Assembly (NCBI GenBank): GCA_000004695.1
Contig: CM000154.2
Span: 3,840,001 to 3,904,000 of the forward strand
DNA length: 64,000 nucleotides
Origin: Dictyostelium discoideum
Taxonomy: Eukaryota
Reading direction: 5' to 3'
Made by a program: the position numbers and the translations under genes. The notes beneath the pieces are model-generated. The model searched no databases and was not told where the DNA came from. It saw nothing but the letters and a program-made list of their open reading frames with translations. Positions 1-16,921 of this stretch are shown here, one piece after another; within the stretch, counting starts at the first letter, position 1; the number at the start of each line of letters is the position of its first letter.

Positions 1-206
1 TGGTAATCAGAAACAGAAATATTGCACCAGTTTTAATGTTAACAAATATCTTTAAAACAAAAAAAAAATAAAAAAAAAAAGTAAAAAAAAAAAAATTAAA
101 AAAAAAAAAAAAGAAAACCATTTTGTATAAATAAATTAATAAAACAAAATCATTTTTTAAAATATACAGTTATAAATATTATTTTTTTTTTTTTTTTTTT
201 TTTTAT

Positions 207-3200
207 TTAAACAATCGTTTGACTAATTTTAAGATCAGATGGATCAACTTCGTATGGAGTATCGTCTGGTAAAATGATATTATTATTGTTAATATCATTG
301 TTATTATCATTATTACTATTATTACTATTTTTATTGGTATCATTTTCTTCAGCATTCTTCTTATTATTTAATTCGCTAATAACCTGTGGGATAGTATCTT
401 TATGGTGAATTACCAAAGAAGAGATTGGACATTTTGACCAATAAGGTTCATCATCAAGATTCTGATCAGAATCATCACTAGAACGAAGATTATCCATTTC
501 AACTTCTACATGACCATCAGTGATTTCGCCAGCTTTACCCAATGGATTAGCACTACCACTATTGTTAAGATTACCAGAGCTACCATGGTTACCAGATTTA
601 CTGAACGAACCACCACGATGGGCAGAAGCAGATAGATTATTTGTACTACCATTTTTAATATGTGGATGATCATCAAACTCTTCAAGATGCTCAATATCTC
701 TTTCAGGTAATGGAGAGTTAGTGGAAGGATTCTTTTTATAACCTGGTAAATGAACCATTGATAAAGATTTCTTCATAATGTCAATACCTGGTACATGGAA
801 AGATGGGAAAGAGTTGATATTTTGTTTAGTTGGTTCAAATGGTACAATTAAAAGATCATAATTTGAACATTCACTTAATAAAACCTTTAATCTTGAACGT
901 TGTGGTTTATAGATTACATTAATTGATGATCTGTTCTTTCCATTGATTACAGACTCTAAATGAGTTTCAAACTTTTTAAATCCAACAACATTGTTTTGAT
1001 TTGAACTTGTTGCAATTGAACCACTATTGATTGAATCGGCACCAGTGGCTGAGCTTGGTGTATTAATTGGTAATTGATTTTCACCAATCATTGGAGTTGG
1101 TTGCATTGAATGAATATTATTAATATCTAAATGAGTTGTTGGTGTAATTTCACTTTGAGCTAAAGTATTATCTGCGCTTATATGATGTCTATGAGTTAAA
1201 ATTGAATTATTTTGACCACTAGATATTAATTCATTATTATTATTATTATTATTATTATTGTTATTATTGTTATTATTATTAATATCACTATCAGCAATTG
1301 GTTGACTATGAATTAATAATTTTGAATCTTGAGTAGATGATTTAAGTTTCTTTTGTTGTTCCCAATATAATTCATTATCGAAAACAATGATTGTTATTTT
1401 TGTATTATTTGAAGAAGCCATTGTATTTGCAATGTTTAATGCTTCTTGATCATTTGGATTTCTTTGAGCATTATAAGCTAAAAGTATTCTCTTGAAACGA
1501 TGATAACCACCTCTTGAACCTGATTTATCAGTGAATAAACCAACATGAGAATTTGAATTTTTAATTAAACTATATACAACATCACTACTTAGATTACCGC
1601 CTCTACCATGTCCTTGTCTACTACCTTCACCAATGATTATTAAACCTGCACCTCTACTCTCTGAGAATTCCAAAACATCTTTGGAAAGATTATCATTATC
1701 GGATACGATTGATTTGATTGAGATTTTCATTTTCAAATGTTGACTTTGTGCTGAAAGATGTGTGAAAGCCTCCTTTGACATATCTTTACGAATTTGACTT
1801 ATGAAATCTGATGGTCTATCATTCACCTCTGCCAATGCTAATAAATAAATCTTTTTCAATTTTCTACGAGTGAAACCTGTTGCTTGAACTTTGTTACCAA
1901 TACAATAACCTAAATCAACTAATGATGGACCAATATCTAAACTACTGGTACAAAGTACAACAGTTTGTTCACCTGGTATGGCCTTCTTTGGTTTCTTATT
2001 GAATAATGAAATGATTGGACTTGTTAAGATTGTTGTGAAAACTGCCATTAACACCATAATACCAAACACATTTTTTTCAATGATTTTAAAATCTAATCCT
2101 AAATTCAATACAATCAATTCTACTAAACCTCTTGTATTCATTAAAACACCAATATAGAAGGAGTCACGTGTACTTGAACCTAAAATCTTTGCCATAATAC
2201 CTGCACCGAAAATTTTACCAGCACATGCACAACTAATGATTACCAATACACCTAACCAAGATTCACCGGTATTCAATGTGGTAAGGTCAGTTCTTAAACC
2301 AGAGATAACAAAATACAATGGTAAAAGGAATACTAAAACCAAATCTTCAATCTTTTCAGTAATTGCTTGATTGAAACCATGTGTCTTTGGTATGACTGCT
2401 CCCAATGTAAATGCGCCAAACATTGCATGAATACCAATCCATTCAGTTGCTAATGAACAAAGGAATAAAAGGAAAACCGTACCCGACATGATGATATTGG
2501 ATGGGTGTGGTGCATGTCCGTGAGAATCCAATTTCCAAATTCTACCCACAACTCTCAATAGCACCGGTCTGACCACCACAATCAAAATCACCACAAATAC
2601 TGCCGATGCCAACAATGTCCATAGGGCATCCAATGATCCTGCAGAGCCTGCCAATGACACAGACACACCCAATAGAATCCAACCGCAAATATCATTGATA
2701 GCAGCGCATGCAATTGCAAGAATACCAATCTTTGTTGCTAATAACTTTCTTGCGGTGAGAATACGTGCCAACACTGGGAATGCTGTAATGCACAATGCCA
2801 CACCAATGAAAATACCCAATGAATAACTCCATACGGTATTTTGAATCTCTGCCAAGTAAACCGATGCTGCAATACCCAACCCAAATGGAATTGCAATCGA
2901 TGCTGCTGAAATCAATAATGATGTCTTAATTTGTCCTTTAAATAAAGTTGGATCTAATTCCAACCCAATGATAAACATAAAAAATACCAACCCAATTTGT
3001 GCAAATACATTTAAAATCTTTAATGATGCATCTGTAAATAAATGTGATGAAAATCCTGGTATTTTACCTAACGCCGTTGGTCCTAACAATATACCAGATA
3101 TAATCTCTGCTATCACTGGTGGTTGTTGAATCTTGGCAAATAACCATGTTACACATCTTGATATAAATATAATTAATAAACATTGAACTAAAAATAATCC

Positions 3201-3233
3201 TACATCTTCATGTAATGGGTTTGCTGTTACCAT
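207..3233 (-). CDS. Cation/H+ (K+/H+) antiporter of the CPA2 / Kha1-CHX type; single exon, 1008 aa, 10-12 TM N-terminal transporter domain plus long Asn-rich hydrophilic C-terminal domain
   Basis: Uninterrupted 1008-aa ORF. N-terminus 'LFLVQCLLIIFISRCVTWLFAKIQQPPVIAEIISGILLGPTALG' matches the Kha1/KefB-type CPA2 signature. Multiple hydrophobic helices follow, and the C-terminal part has poly-N and poly-S runs. Confidence 0.85.
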   Translation of the reverse strand: MVTANPLHEDVGLFLVQCLLIIFISRCVTWLFAKIQQPPVIAEIISGILLGPTALGKIPGFSSHLFTDASLKILNVFAQIGLVFFMFIIGLELDPTLFKGQIKTSLLISAASIAIPFGLGIAASVYLAEIQNTVWSYSLGIFIGVALCITAFPVLARILTARKLLATKIGILAIACAAINDICGWILLGVSVSLAGSAGSLDALWTLLASAVFVVILIVVVRPVLLRVVGRIWKLDSHGHAPHPSNIIMSGTVFLLFLCSLATEWIGIHAMFGAFTLGAVIPKTHGFNQAITEKIEDLVLVFLLPLYFVISGLRTDLTTLNTGESWLGVLVIISCACAGKIFGAGIMAKILGSSTRDSFYIGVLMNTRGLVELIVLNLGLDFKIIEKNVFGIMVLMAVFTTILTSPIISLFNKKPKKAIPGEQTVVLCTSSLDIGPSLVDLGYCIGNKVQATGFTRRKLKKIYLLALAEVNDRPSDFISQIRKDMSKEAFTHLSAQSQHLKMKISIKSIVSDNDNLSKDVLEFSESRGAGLIIIGEGSRQGHGRGGNLSSDVVYSLIKNSNSHVGLFTDKSGSRGGYHRFKRILLAYNAQRNPNDQEALNIANTMASSNNTKITIIVFDNELYWEQQKKLKSSTQDSKLLIHSQPIADSDINNNNNNNNNNNNNNNNELISSGQNNSILTHRHHISADNTLAQSEITPTTHLDINNIHSMQPTPMIGENQLPINTPSSATGADSINSGSIATSSNQNNVVGFKKFETHLESVINGKNRSSINVIYKPQRSRLKVLLSECSNYDLLIVPFEPTKQNINSFPSFHVPGIDIMKKSLSMVHLPGYKKNPSTNSPLPERDIEHLEEFDDHPHIKNGSTNNLSASAHRGGSFSKSGNHGSSGNLNNSGSANPLGKAGEITDGHVEVEMDNLRSSDDSDQNLDDEPYWSKCPISSLVIHHKDTIPQVISELNNKKNAEENDTNKNSNNSNNDNNNDINNNNIILPDDTPYEVDPSDLKISQTIV

Positions 3234-4888
3234 AGTTTTATTCTTTTATTTATTTTCCCTTTTCTCTTTTTAAATATTATTTATTATTATTTATTATTAT
3301 TATTTTACTTTTTTTTTTTAATATGTGAAAATTTGTAAAATTAATATTTATTTTTTATTTTTTTATTATTTTTTTTTTTTATATATATATAAATATTAAT
3401 TTAATTTTTTTTTAAAATTAAAGTGAATTCATATTGTTTTTTAATTATTATAATTTCTATTTATTTTGAAGAATTATGGATAATAAAAAAAAATTACCTA
3501 CCTTTTTTTTAATTTGGTAAACAACTTCCTATTTATAGAAATCTGGATATTATATTAGATATTTAAATAAATTCTTTTGGAAAATAAAAAGGAAGAAAAT
3601 AAAAAGTTAAATAAGTTAGTTGGGTTTCGTTGTGTTTTTCTTTTAAAAAAAAAAAAATAAAAAAAATAAATTAAAAATAAAAAAATAAAAATTATTTTAA
3701 AATAAAAAAAAAAAAAAAAAAATATCTTTTTTTCTGTTGCAGTCGACTGTTTTTTTTTTTACTTTTTTAAAAATGCAAATGGACAAAATTAAATAACTAC
3801 CCGCTTAGTTTTTTTTTTTTCTTTTTTTTTTTTTTGTATAATTTTTTTTTATTTATTTATTTATTTCATTTGATTAGATGATAATAAAAAAAAAAAAATA
3901 AAAAAAAATTATAAATGAAAAAAAAAACTCATAGATTTTTATTTTTTTTTTTATAATATTATTTTTATTTATTTATTTTTATTTATTTTTATTTTTATTT
4001 TTATTTATTTATTTATTTTTTAATTATTTTTTTTTTTTCTTATAAATAAAAATAATTTTTATATTTTTCTTTTAAATTATTCCGATTGTTACAATAATAA
4101 AAATATCAGAGTGGAAAAGTAAAAATTTTCAAAAAAAAAAGATTGATAAAGATTTGTAAAATAATAAATGTGGGGGTGCAATGATTACTTTAAAAGAATG
4201 AGTTGGTCCTTTTTGATTATTTAGTTTTATTTTTAAAAAAATAAAAAAAAAAAAAGTATTAAAGACAATTTTAAGAAAAAAACTATTATGATTTATATTT
4301 ATATTTAATTTTTATTATAAATATTATTACAATTACAAAAATAATAAAAAATAAAAAAAAAAAATAAAAAAAAAAAAAAAATAAAAAAAAAAATTAAATA
4401 ATAATATTTAATTGTCATCAAAAAATAAACAAAAAAAAAAAGCATATATATACATATTTACATATTGTGGTAAGGAATTTTTTTCATGTACACAAATAAA
4501 CCAATAAACAAAAAAACAATAAAATATATTAAAAAAGATAAAAAAGGGTATATGTGTGTTTAGTGTGTGAAAAAGTGGGGTTTATTTATTTATTTTTATT
4601 TTTATTTTTTTTGTTTTTTTTATTATTATTTATTTATTTTTATTTTTATTTTTTTTTTATTTTTTTTACAATTATTATATTACTTTAATATTTATTATAA
4701 AAATAAAAATGTGAGGAGAAAAGGAAAACAAAAAAGAAAAAAAATAAAAAATTAAAAAAAAATAAAAAGATTATAGTGTCACAATTAAAATAATTAGCGT
4801 ACCTTTTTTTTTTTTAATATTAAAAAATATTTATAGTAATAATCCGATTATTATAAAGTTTAGTTTGGGAAAATAAAAATAAATAAAG

Positions 4889-4930
<42 letters not shown>

Positions 4931-5620
4931 ATTTTTAAAAATGTATGTGTAGGGCGAAAAAATAAAAATAAAAATAAAAATAATTTGTTAGTGTAAAAGA
5001 AATCGTATGAAGCCAGGCTCAAATCCAAACCTTTTAAAAATTCAATCTTTTTTTTTTTAATTTTTTAATTTTTTTTAATTTTTTTTTTTATTTTTTGTTT
5101 TTTTTGTTTTTTTTTTTTATACAATTTTTGACAATTACCAGTCAAATTAAACAAAAAAATTTTCCGTGGAAGTATGTGTCGCTTTATTATAAACAAATAA
5201 TACTGGGATTGAAAAATTTACGTTAATAAATAGAAAAAACAATCAAAATAAACGGTTAATTTTTTTTTTTTTTTTAAAAAAGATATTTTTAAACTTCAAT
5301 AATATCAGATCAAAAAACTTCTTCTTTTTCGAAATGTTTGATTTGATTTGATTTATTTACGTTCTCAAGAATGTTTCGCTTAGTTATCAATTTATATTTA
5401 TAGAGCCATAATATAATAATAATAATGCAAAAAAATATTCACAGTAAAATTGAAAAAGCAATTTTTATTTTTATTTTTTTTTCCACAAGAAATTTTTTTT
5501 TTTTTTTTTAAAGAATTTAAATTGTACAAAAACCTTCATTGGTAGAGCCACGCTTTTCAATCACTTTTATATAATAAAAAAATTGAACTCGAGCAGATTT
5601 CAACTAAACAACATCAACAT

Positions 5621-5693
5621 GTCGGGTTGGCTCAGTTGGTAGAGCGTAGGTCTCATAATCCTAAGGTCCAGAGTTCGATCCTCTGACTCGACA
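5621..5693 (+). tRNA. tRNA-Met (anticodon CAU), elongator type, 73 nt, no intron
   Basis: GTCGGGT acceptor stem pairs with ACTCGAC. D-arm is GCTCAGTTGGTAGAGC. The anticodon loop CTCATAA gives anticodon CAT. T-arm is CAGAGTTCGATCCTCTG, and the discriminator is A. The sequence closely resembles eukaryotic elongator tRNA-Met. Confidence 0.9.
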
Positions 5694-5726
5694 ATTATTT
5701 TTTCAATAATACTCCTTTAAGATCAA

Positions 5727-5739
5727 GGGTTCGACTCTT
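5727..5739 (+). promoter_or_regulatory. External B box (ex-B) 34 nt downstream of the tRNA-Met gene
   Basis: GGGTTCGACTCTT closely matches the B-box consensus GGTTCGANTCC. It duplicates the internal B box GAGTTCGATCCTC. Extra downstream B boxes are an established feature of many Dictyostelium tRNA genes. Confidence 0.5.
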
Positions 5740-5983
5740 ATTCTGTATTAATAAGCCATGTTTGGAATCTCTATATTTTTTTTAATATCCTAATACTTTT
5801 AAACAAATTAGTGTTTATTTTATTCCGTTAATTCTTTTATCATTACAATAGTTGATTAATTCGTTCATTGATATGATATTATCTATAATGAATCTGCCTT
5901 CAGCTAAATGATAAGCCTATAAACAAATACTAAATAAAAACTCGTATTAACACAGATGGACATATATCAATCTTGTTAGTCCA

Positions 5984-6026
<43 letters not shown>

Positions 6027-6562
6027 ATTTTAATTTATTTAATTTTTTTAAAAAAATTTCAAAAAAAATCAACAATTCATAAATAAGCTAAATTAACTAT
6101 CTTCTTTGCTTTGTTTGAAATTTCATTTGCATACAATGAATTCAACCATTTTTGAAAATAAATTGTTGATAATCACCAAATGATAAAGTCCTATTCCTCA
6201 CCCAGCCGATATCGACTCACAAGAATTAGGTGTCCATGAAGAAGGTATGGCCTGAATCCTTGCTTTTGCCAAACAAATCAAGAAATTTGTCACTTCAATC
6301 TTTAAATTTGGAATTTCAAAATATAATTTCTCAAAAATTTCTTTAAATAAAATTCAATAAATTAAATATCCACAAACATTAGGTTATAAATATTTTTATT
6401 TTATTTTATTTTATTTTATTTTATTTTATTTTAATTTATTTTTTTTTATTTTATTTTTTTTTTTTTTTTTTTTTTTTTTTATTTTTATTTTTCTTTTTTA
6501 AATTAAAAAAAAAAAAAAAATCGTTATTTTTCAACCACAATAATGTGATATTAAGATATAAA

Positions 6563-9100
<2,538 letters not shown>

Positions 9101-9198
9101 AAATAAATAAAATAATAATAGTATTTTAAATGTGTATTATTATTATGTACAATTAAAAATAAATGATTATTTTTTTAATTATTTTATTTATATTTTAA

Positions 9199-9626
9199 TT
9201 ATTCATCCCAATCATCTTCACCAAAACTATTTTCCAAAGAGAATTGTTCAGTTTGTTGTTGTTGTTGTTGTTTTTGTTGATTTGATGGTTTTATATTTTC
9301 ACTATCATTTTTTTTATTATTTATTGTATTGACTTCATTATCTTCATTGTTCCTTTGTTTTTTATTATTTGATGAAAAAGATGATAATTGATCATCATTG
9401 TCATCATCATCATTTTCTTCATAGTTTAGGTCATCTTCTATTCTACTGGATATATCTTGAATATCATATATACTATAATCAAATTGTTCTTCTTCTATAT
9501 ACATTGATTCCTCTTCAATTAAGTTATAATCTATATTTTCATTAAAATCTTCTACAATTGTAAAACTTTCATCATTTTCTTCTTCTTTTTGTTGTTGTTC
9601 CTCAACTTTAATATTATTATTCTTTA

Positions 9627-9670
<44 letters not shown>

Positions 9671-10149
9671 GGGTTATTTAGATTATGATTATTTGTTTTA
9701 TTTTTATTATTATTTAAAAATAAAGTTCCATTTGGATCAATTAACTTTTTATAATATTTATAAAAAATATGAATTACTTCATAAGTCCATAGTGATTCTC
9801 TATTTGGTTTATCAGATAAATCTAATACATTTATATATACAATATCAAATTGATTATTATTAATTTCTCTTGAATTTTCAAAGGATTCATCATTCTCTGA
9901 TTTTGGAAAAAGTTCTAATGTCATTTGTAAATATTGACCAACTTTAAATGGAAATAAATCATTTATTCCAATTAAAAATGTATCTGATCCATCATCTAAC
10001 ATTATATAATTTTGATTTTTCTCTACAACTATACCTTGAACTAGTAGTGAAATAATATTCATCTCTCCTAAATTGAACTTTGTTTCCTCATTTTCAACTT
10101 TAACTTTTATTTTACTTAAAAATGATAAAAATATTTTTACTAATTCCAT
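9199..10149 (-). CDS. RMI2-like OB-fold protein (RecQ-mediated genome instability protein 2 homologue) with acidic Asp/Glu-rich C-terminal tail; single exon, 316 aa
   Basis: 'IISLLVQGIVVEKNQNYIMLDDGSDTFLI' and 'LDLSDKPNRESLWTYEVIHIF' align with the human RMI2 OB-fold segments 'VWMQGRVV...RDPSGDFSV' and '[20 protein letters not shown]'. The C-terminus is poly-acidic/poly-Q. Confidence 0.55.
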
Positions 10150-10224
10150 TATTTTTTTATCTTTTTTTTTTTTTTTTTTTTTTTACAACAACACGGTGTA
10201 AAAATAAATGAAATTAAAAATAAA

Positions 10225-10256
<32 letters not shown>

Positions 10257-10327
10257 ATCTGAAAAATAAAATTGGTTGAATTCAAAGAAAATTATTTATT
10301 TTTAAAACAAATAAAATAAATTTTTTT

Positions 10328-13714
<3,387 letters not shown>

Positions 13715-13978
13715 CTTTTAGTATTACTATTAATATTATTAAAATAATATTACAAAAAAAGAAAATAAATAAATAAATAAATAAATATATATGAATATAT
13801 ATTACTTTGGAAAAAGATAAAAAAAAAAAAAAAAAAACCAAAACGCTGTCTCGCAAAATTAAAAAAAAAAAAAAAAAATTTAAAAAAAAAATCTATTTTT
13901 TTTTTTTTTTTTTTTTTAAATTATTGCTCATATTTTTACCAATTTTATAAAAATAAAAATAATTATTTTATTATTAAA
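13715..13978. promoter_or_regulatory. Putative bidirectional promoter between divergently oriented EFR3 (minus) and the Nudix gene (plus)
   Basis: 264-bp AT-rich spacer between two ATGs on opposite strands. This is inference only. Confidence 0.35.
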
Positions 13979-15303
13979 ATGATTAAATCACCAATTAAAG
14001 TTAAATTATCATCAACAGTCATAGTTTTATTAAAATGGGGAGTTGATAAATTACCAAAATCAATTAATAAGAAACCATTAAAAAATTATGATTATAGAGT
14101 AATGTTAGTTAAAAGATCAAATCAAATTAAATTCTTTCCATCAGCACATGTTTTTCCAGGTGGTGCAGTTGATGAAAATGATAATTCTAAAGAATGGGAA
14201 CAAGTTATTGAAAAACCAATACCATCAAATCTTTCAATTAGAATTAGTGCATTAAGAGAAATCTTTGAAGAAACTAATTTCTTTTTGGACAAGAATGAAA
14301 AATTAATAAATGATAAAAATAAACCAATAATTGAAAAACTTCAAAGTGATTTAATGAATAAAGAAACTTCAAAAACTAATAACTTTTTATTAAATTTCAT
14401 TAAAGATAGTGGTATTAAATTAAAACTTGACCAACTATATCAATGGGCAAGGTTTGTTATCTTAAAATATACATATATATATATATTTTCTAAACACTTT
14501 TGACATATTAACAATTTTAATTTTTTTTTATTTAATTTTTTTTTATTTTTAATAATATCCTTTTATGTCTAAATAATAATATTAAAATAAAAAAAATAAA
14601 AAATTATCAATTTAATTTTTTAATTTTTTATTTTTTATTTTTTATTTTTATAAACTTTATTTTAATATAAAAATAAAAAATATATAGATGGATAACACCA
14701 ATATTAGGACCAAAACAAACTCATAGATTTGATACATATTTTTATGTTATTCCAATTTATCAATATCCTGAATCATGTAAAATTGATGGTACAGAAAATG
14801 TTGAAATGGATTGGCTTTCACCTGAAGAAGCATTAGAAGAACATAGAATCGGTAAAATTAGTTTACCACCACCAACTTGGTTTACATTTCATCAACTTTC
14901 AAAATGTCATACTATCGATCAAGTTATTGAATTAGCTAAAGAAAGAGACTCTTTAGATATTTTATATGATCCAATAATGACAAAACCAACAATACCTTCA
15001 AATGCATCAACAAATTTACCACAAGAAAGATATCAAGTTTTATCTGGTGACTATATTTATGAACAAGAAAAACAAAAACAACAACAACAACAACAATCTT
15101 CTGATTCTTCAACAAATCCAAATTCAAATTCAAATCCAAATCCAAATCTAAATCCAAGTCATAAAAATAGAATTATAACACGTAGTAGAATTGGCGATTT
15201 AAATGATCAATTCTCTTGGATTTATGAATATCAAAATAATATTCCTGGCTCGGTTGATAGTCAAATTGATGGTGCCAATACAATTTTACCACCAAAACTT
15301 TAA
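13979..15303 (+). CDS. NUDT19-like Nudix hydrolase (putative peroxisomal CoA diphosphatase), 2 exons: 13979-14451, 14688-15303
   Basis: Nudix box 'FPGGAVDENDNSKEWEQ...ISALREIFEETNFFL' resembles NUDT19 (FPGG...RE.FEE). The second exon 'RWITPILGPKQTHRFDTYFYVIP...WLSPEEALEEHRIGKISLPPPT' is in frame after a GTTTGT donor and TATATAG acceptor. Confidence 0.7.
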
Positions 15304-15504
15304 AAAAAAAAAAAAAAAAAAAAGACACAAATCAAAAACCACCCTATCTTTTATTATTAATAATTATAATTAAGAGAATCACCATCCCCAAAAAAACACA
15401 TTGGAAATATATATATTATATGGATGACAGCATCCAAACAATATTTATAAAATAATAATAATATATTATTTCAATTAAGAAAAAAAAAAAAAAAAAAAAA
15501 AAAA

Positions 15505-15857
15505 CTATCACCCAAATTAATTCTTTCAAATAATAAAATAAAATAAAATTTATATATTACAGAATTTTAAATTAATTTATTTTTAAATTTCCAGTTTCTT
15601 TATCAGCACAAGAATAAATTTTGAAGTGATCCAACATAAATTAAATGATAATGTTCAGCTATTTTTTTTTTTTTTTTTTTTATTAAATATATTAAATAAT
15701 TAGTATACATTTTTGTTTTTGTTTTAATTAAAAAAATAAAAATAAAATACACTTACCAACAGTAACAATTTATGTCTAAAATGTAATAAACCAAAATCAT
15801 AATTAAAAATTCCTCTACCCATGAATAATGGCGGTGAAATACCAGTTAGATATTTCA
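15505..15857 (-). pseudogene. Degenerate partial duplicate of the DGAT2 3' region (exon 3 remnant with ~70-bp deletion, intron 2, last ~90 bp of exon 2), same orientation as dgat2
   Basis: Strong nucleotide similarity of 15505-15857 to 16647-17095. Examples are 'aaataaaataaaatttatatattaca', 'ccagtttctttatcagcacaag' and 'aaatacacttaccaacagtaac...ccaaaatcataattaaaaattcctctacccatgaataatgg'. The coding frame is not retained. Confidence 0.65.
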
Positions 15858-16011
15858 AATTAATTGTTCTGGTGCTATTTCAAGTGCCACTTCAAATGTT
15901 AAACATTCTCTTAAGGGATGTGATAGTTGTGCACAATACCCAATACCCATGCAACATAATACATAGATTCAGCACTATTTTTTGGAGTTGGAAGACCATT
16001 GGTTTAAAAAA

Positions 16012-16253
16012 GGGTCCTAATCCATTGCCTCTTAGGATATACTAATTACAGTGAACAACCATCCAACCATGAACAAAAATGCTTATTATGCAATAATGGC
16101 CTTTGTGAAAACGTTAAAGCGGCACTTTAAGATTTGTTGCCACTTTAACGTTTTCTAGAAGACCATAATTGTACAATAAGCCGTTTAATTCTTGATTAGA
16201 TGGTGGTTCAATGTAATTAGAATTTCTAAGGAGCCATGGATTAGAACCCTAGG
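16012..16253. mobile_element. Candidate foldback/MITE-like element: ~44-bp imperfect terminal inverted repeats flanking a GC-richer core with a central 17-bp hairpin
   Basis: Left TIR 16012-16056 'GGGTCCTAATCCATTGCCTCTTAGGATATACTAATTACAGTGAAC'. The reverse complement of 16204-16253 is 'GGGTTCTAATCCATGGCTCCTTAGAAATTCTAATTACATTGAAC', about 84% identical. The internal hairpin has arm 16107-16125 (gaaaacgttaaagcggcac) pairing with 16139-16155. The GC content is far above the surrounding intergenic DNA. Confidence 0.4.
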
Positions 16254-16407
16254 GTTTTATTTTTTTTATTGATGAAATAATTAACATATATAATATCACA
16301 AAAAAAAAAAAAAAAAAATCCGGATTGCCTGTTATATATATTTAATAAATACAAAGGATAGTTATTTCCTGATTTATTTAATATTTTGGTTAATAATTTA
16401 AAAATAA

Positions 16408-16438
<31 letters not shown>

Positions 16439-16719
16439 ATCTTTTATATAGTTTTATAAAAAGTGTCTAAAAAAATATAAAATTGGTGTCTGTCACAATT
16501 TAATTTAATTTTTTTTCAATTTAAAATTATTTCTAATTAATACCAAACAAAAAAAAAAAAAATATCAAAAAAAAAAAAAAAATTAAATAATAAAATATCA
16601 AGATCCCAACCAAAAAATAATAATAATAATAATAATAATAAATAATCATCCAAGTTAATTCTTCCAAATAATAAAATAAAATAAAATAAAATTTATATAT
16701 TACAAATTTTTAAATTAAT

Positions 16720-16875
16720 TTAATTTATTTTTAAATTTCCAGTTTCTTTATCAGCACAAGAATTTTTGTGTTTGTCAAATAAATTTTGAAGTGCTTCAAC
16801 ATAAATTTGATGATAATGTTCAATAACTTGATCAGTAGGTGATTTAATCTTTGGTATATCAATTGGTTCGCCAAC

Positions 16876-16921
<46 letters not shown>

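Noticed and set aside
4567-5028. ORF-track ORFs 4567-4755(+) and 4831-5028(-) with poly-F/poly-Y/poly-K translations
   Set aside because: These are translations of A/T homopolymers and (ATTTT)n intergenic repeats. They have no start context or codon structure. The same applies to 23207-23395, 34607-34843, 37919-38167, 39661-39885, 40555-40993, 41212-41478, 43635-43901, 54877-55229 and 60785-60976.
6545-6562. ORF-track start at 6545 (GTG...) for the ankyrin-like gene
   Set aside because: That is a non-ATG alternative start. The first ATG in frame is at 6563, so I used that. The true 5' end remains uncertain because of the downstream gap.
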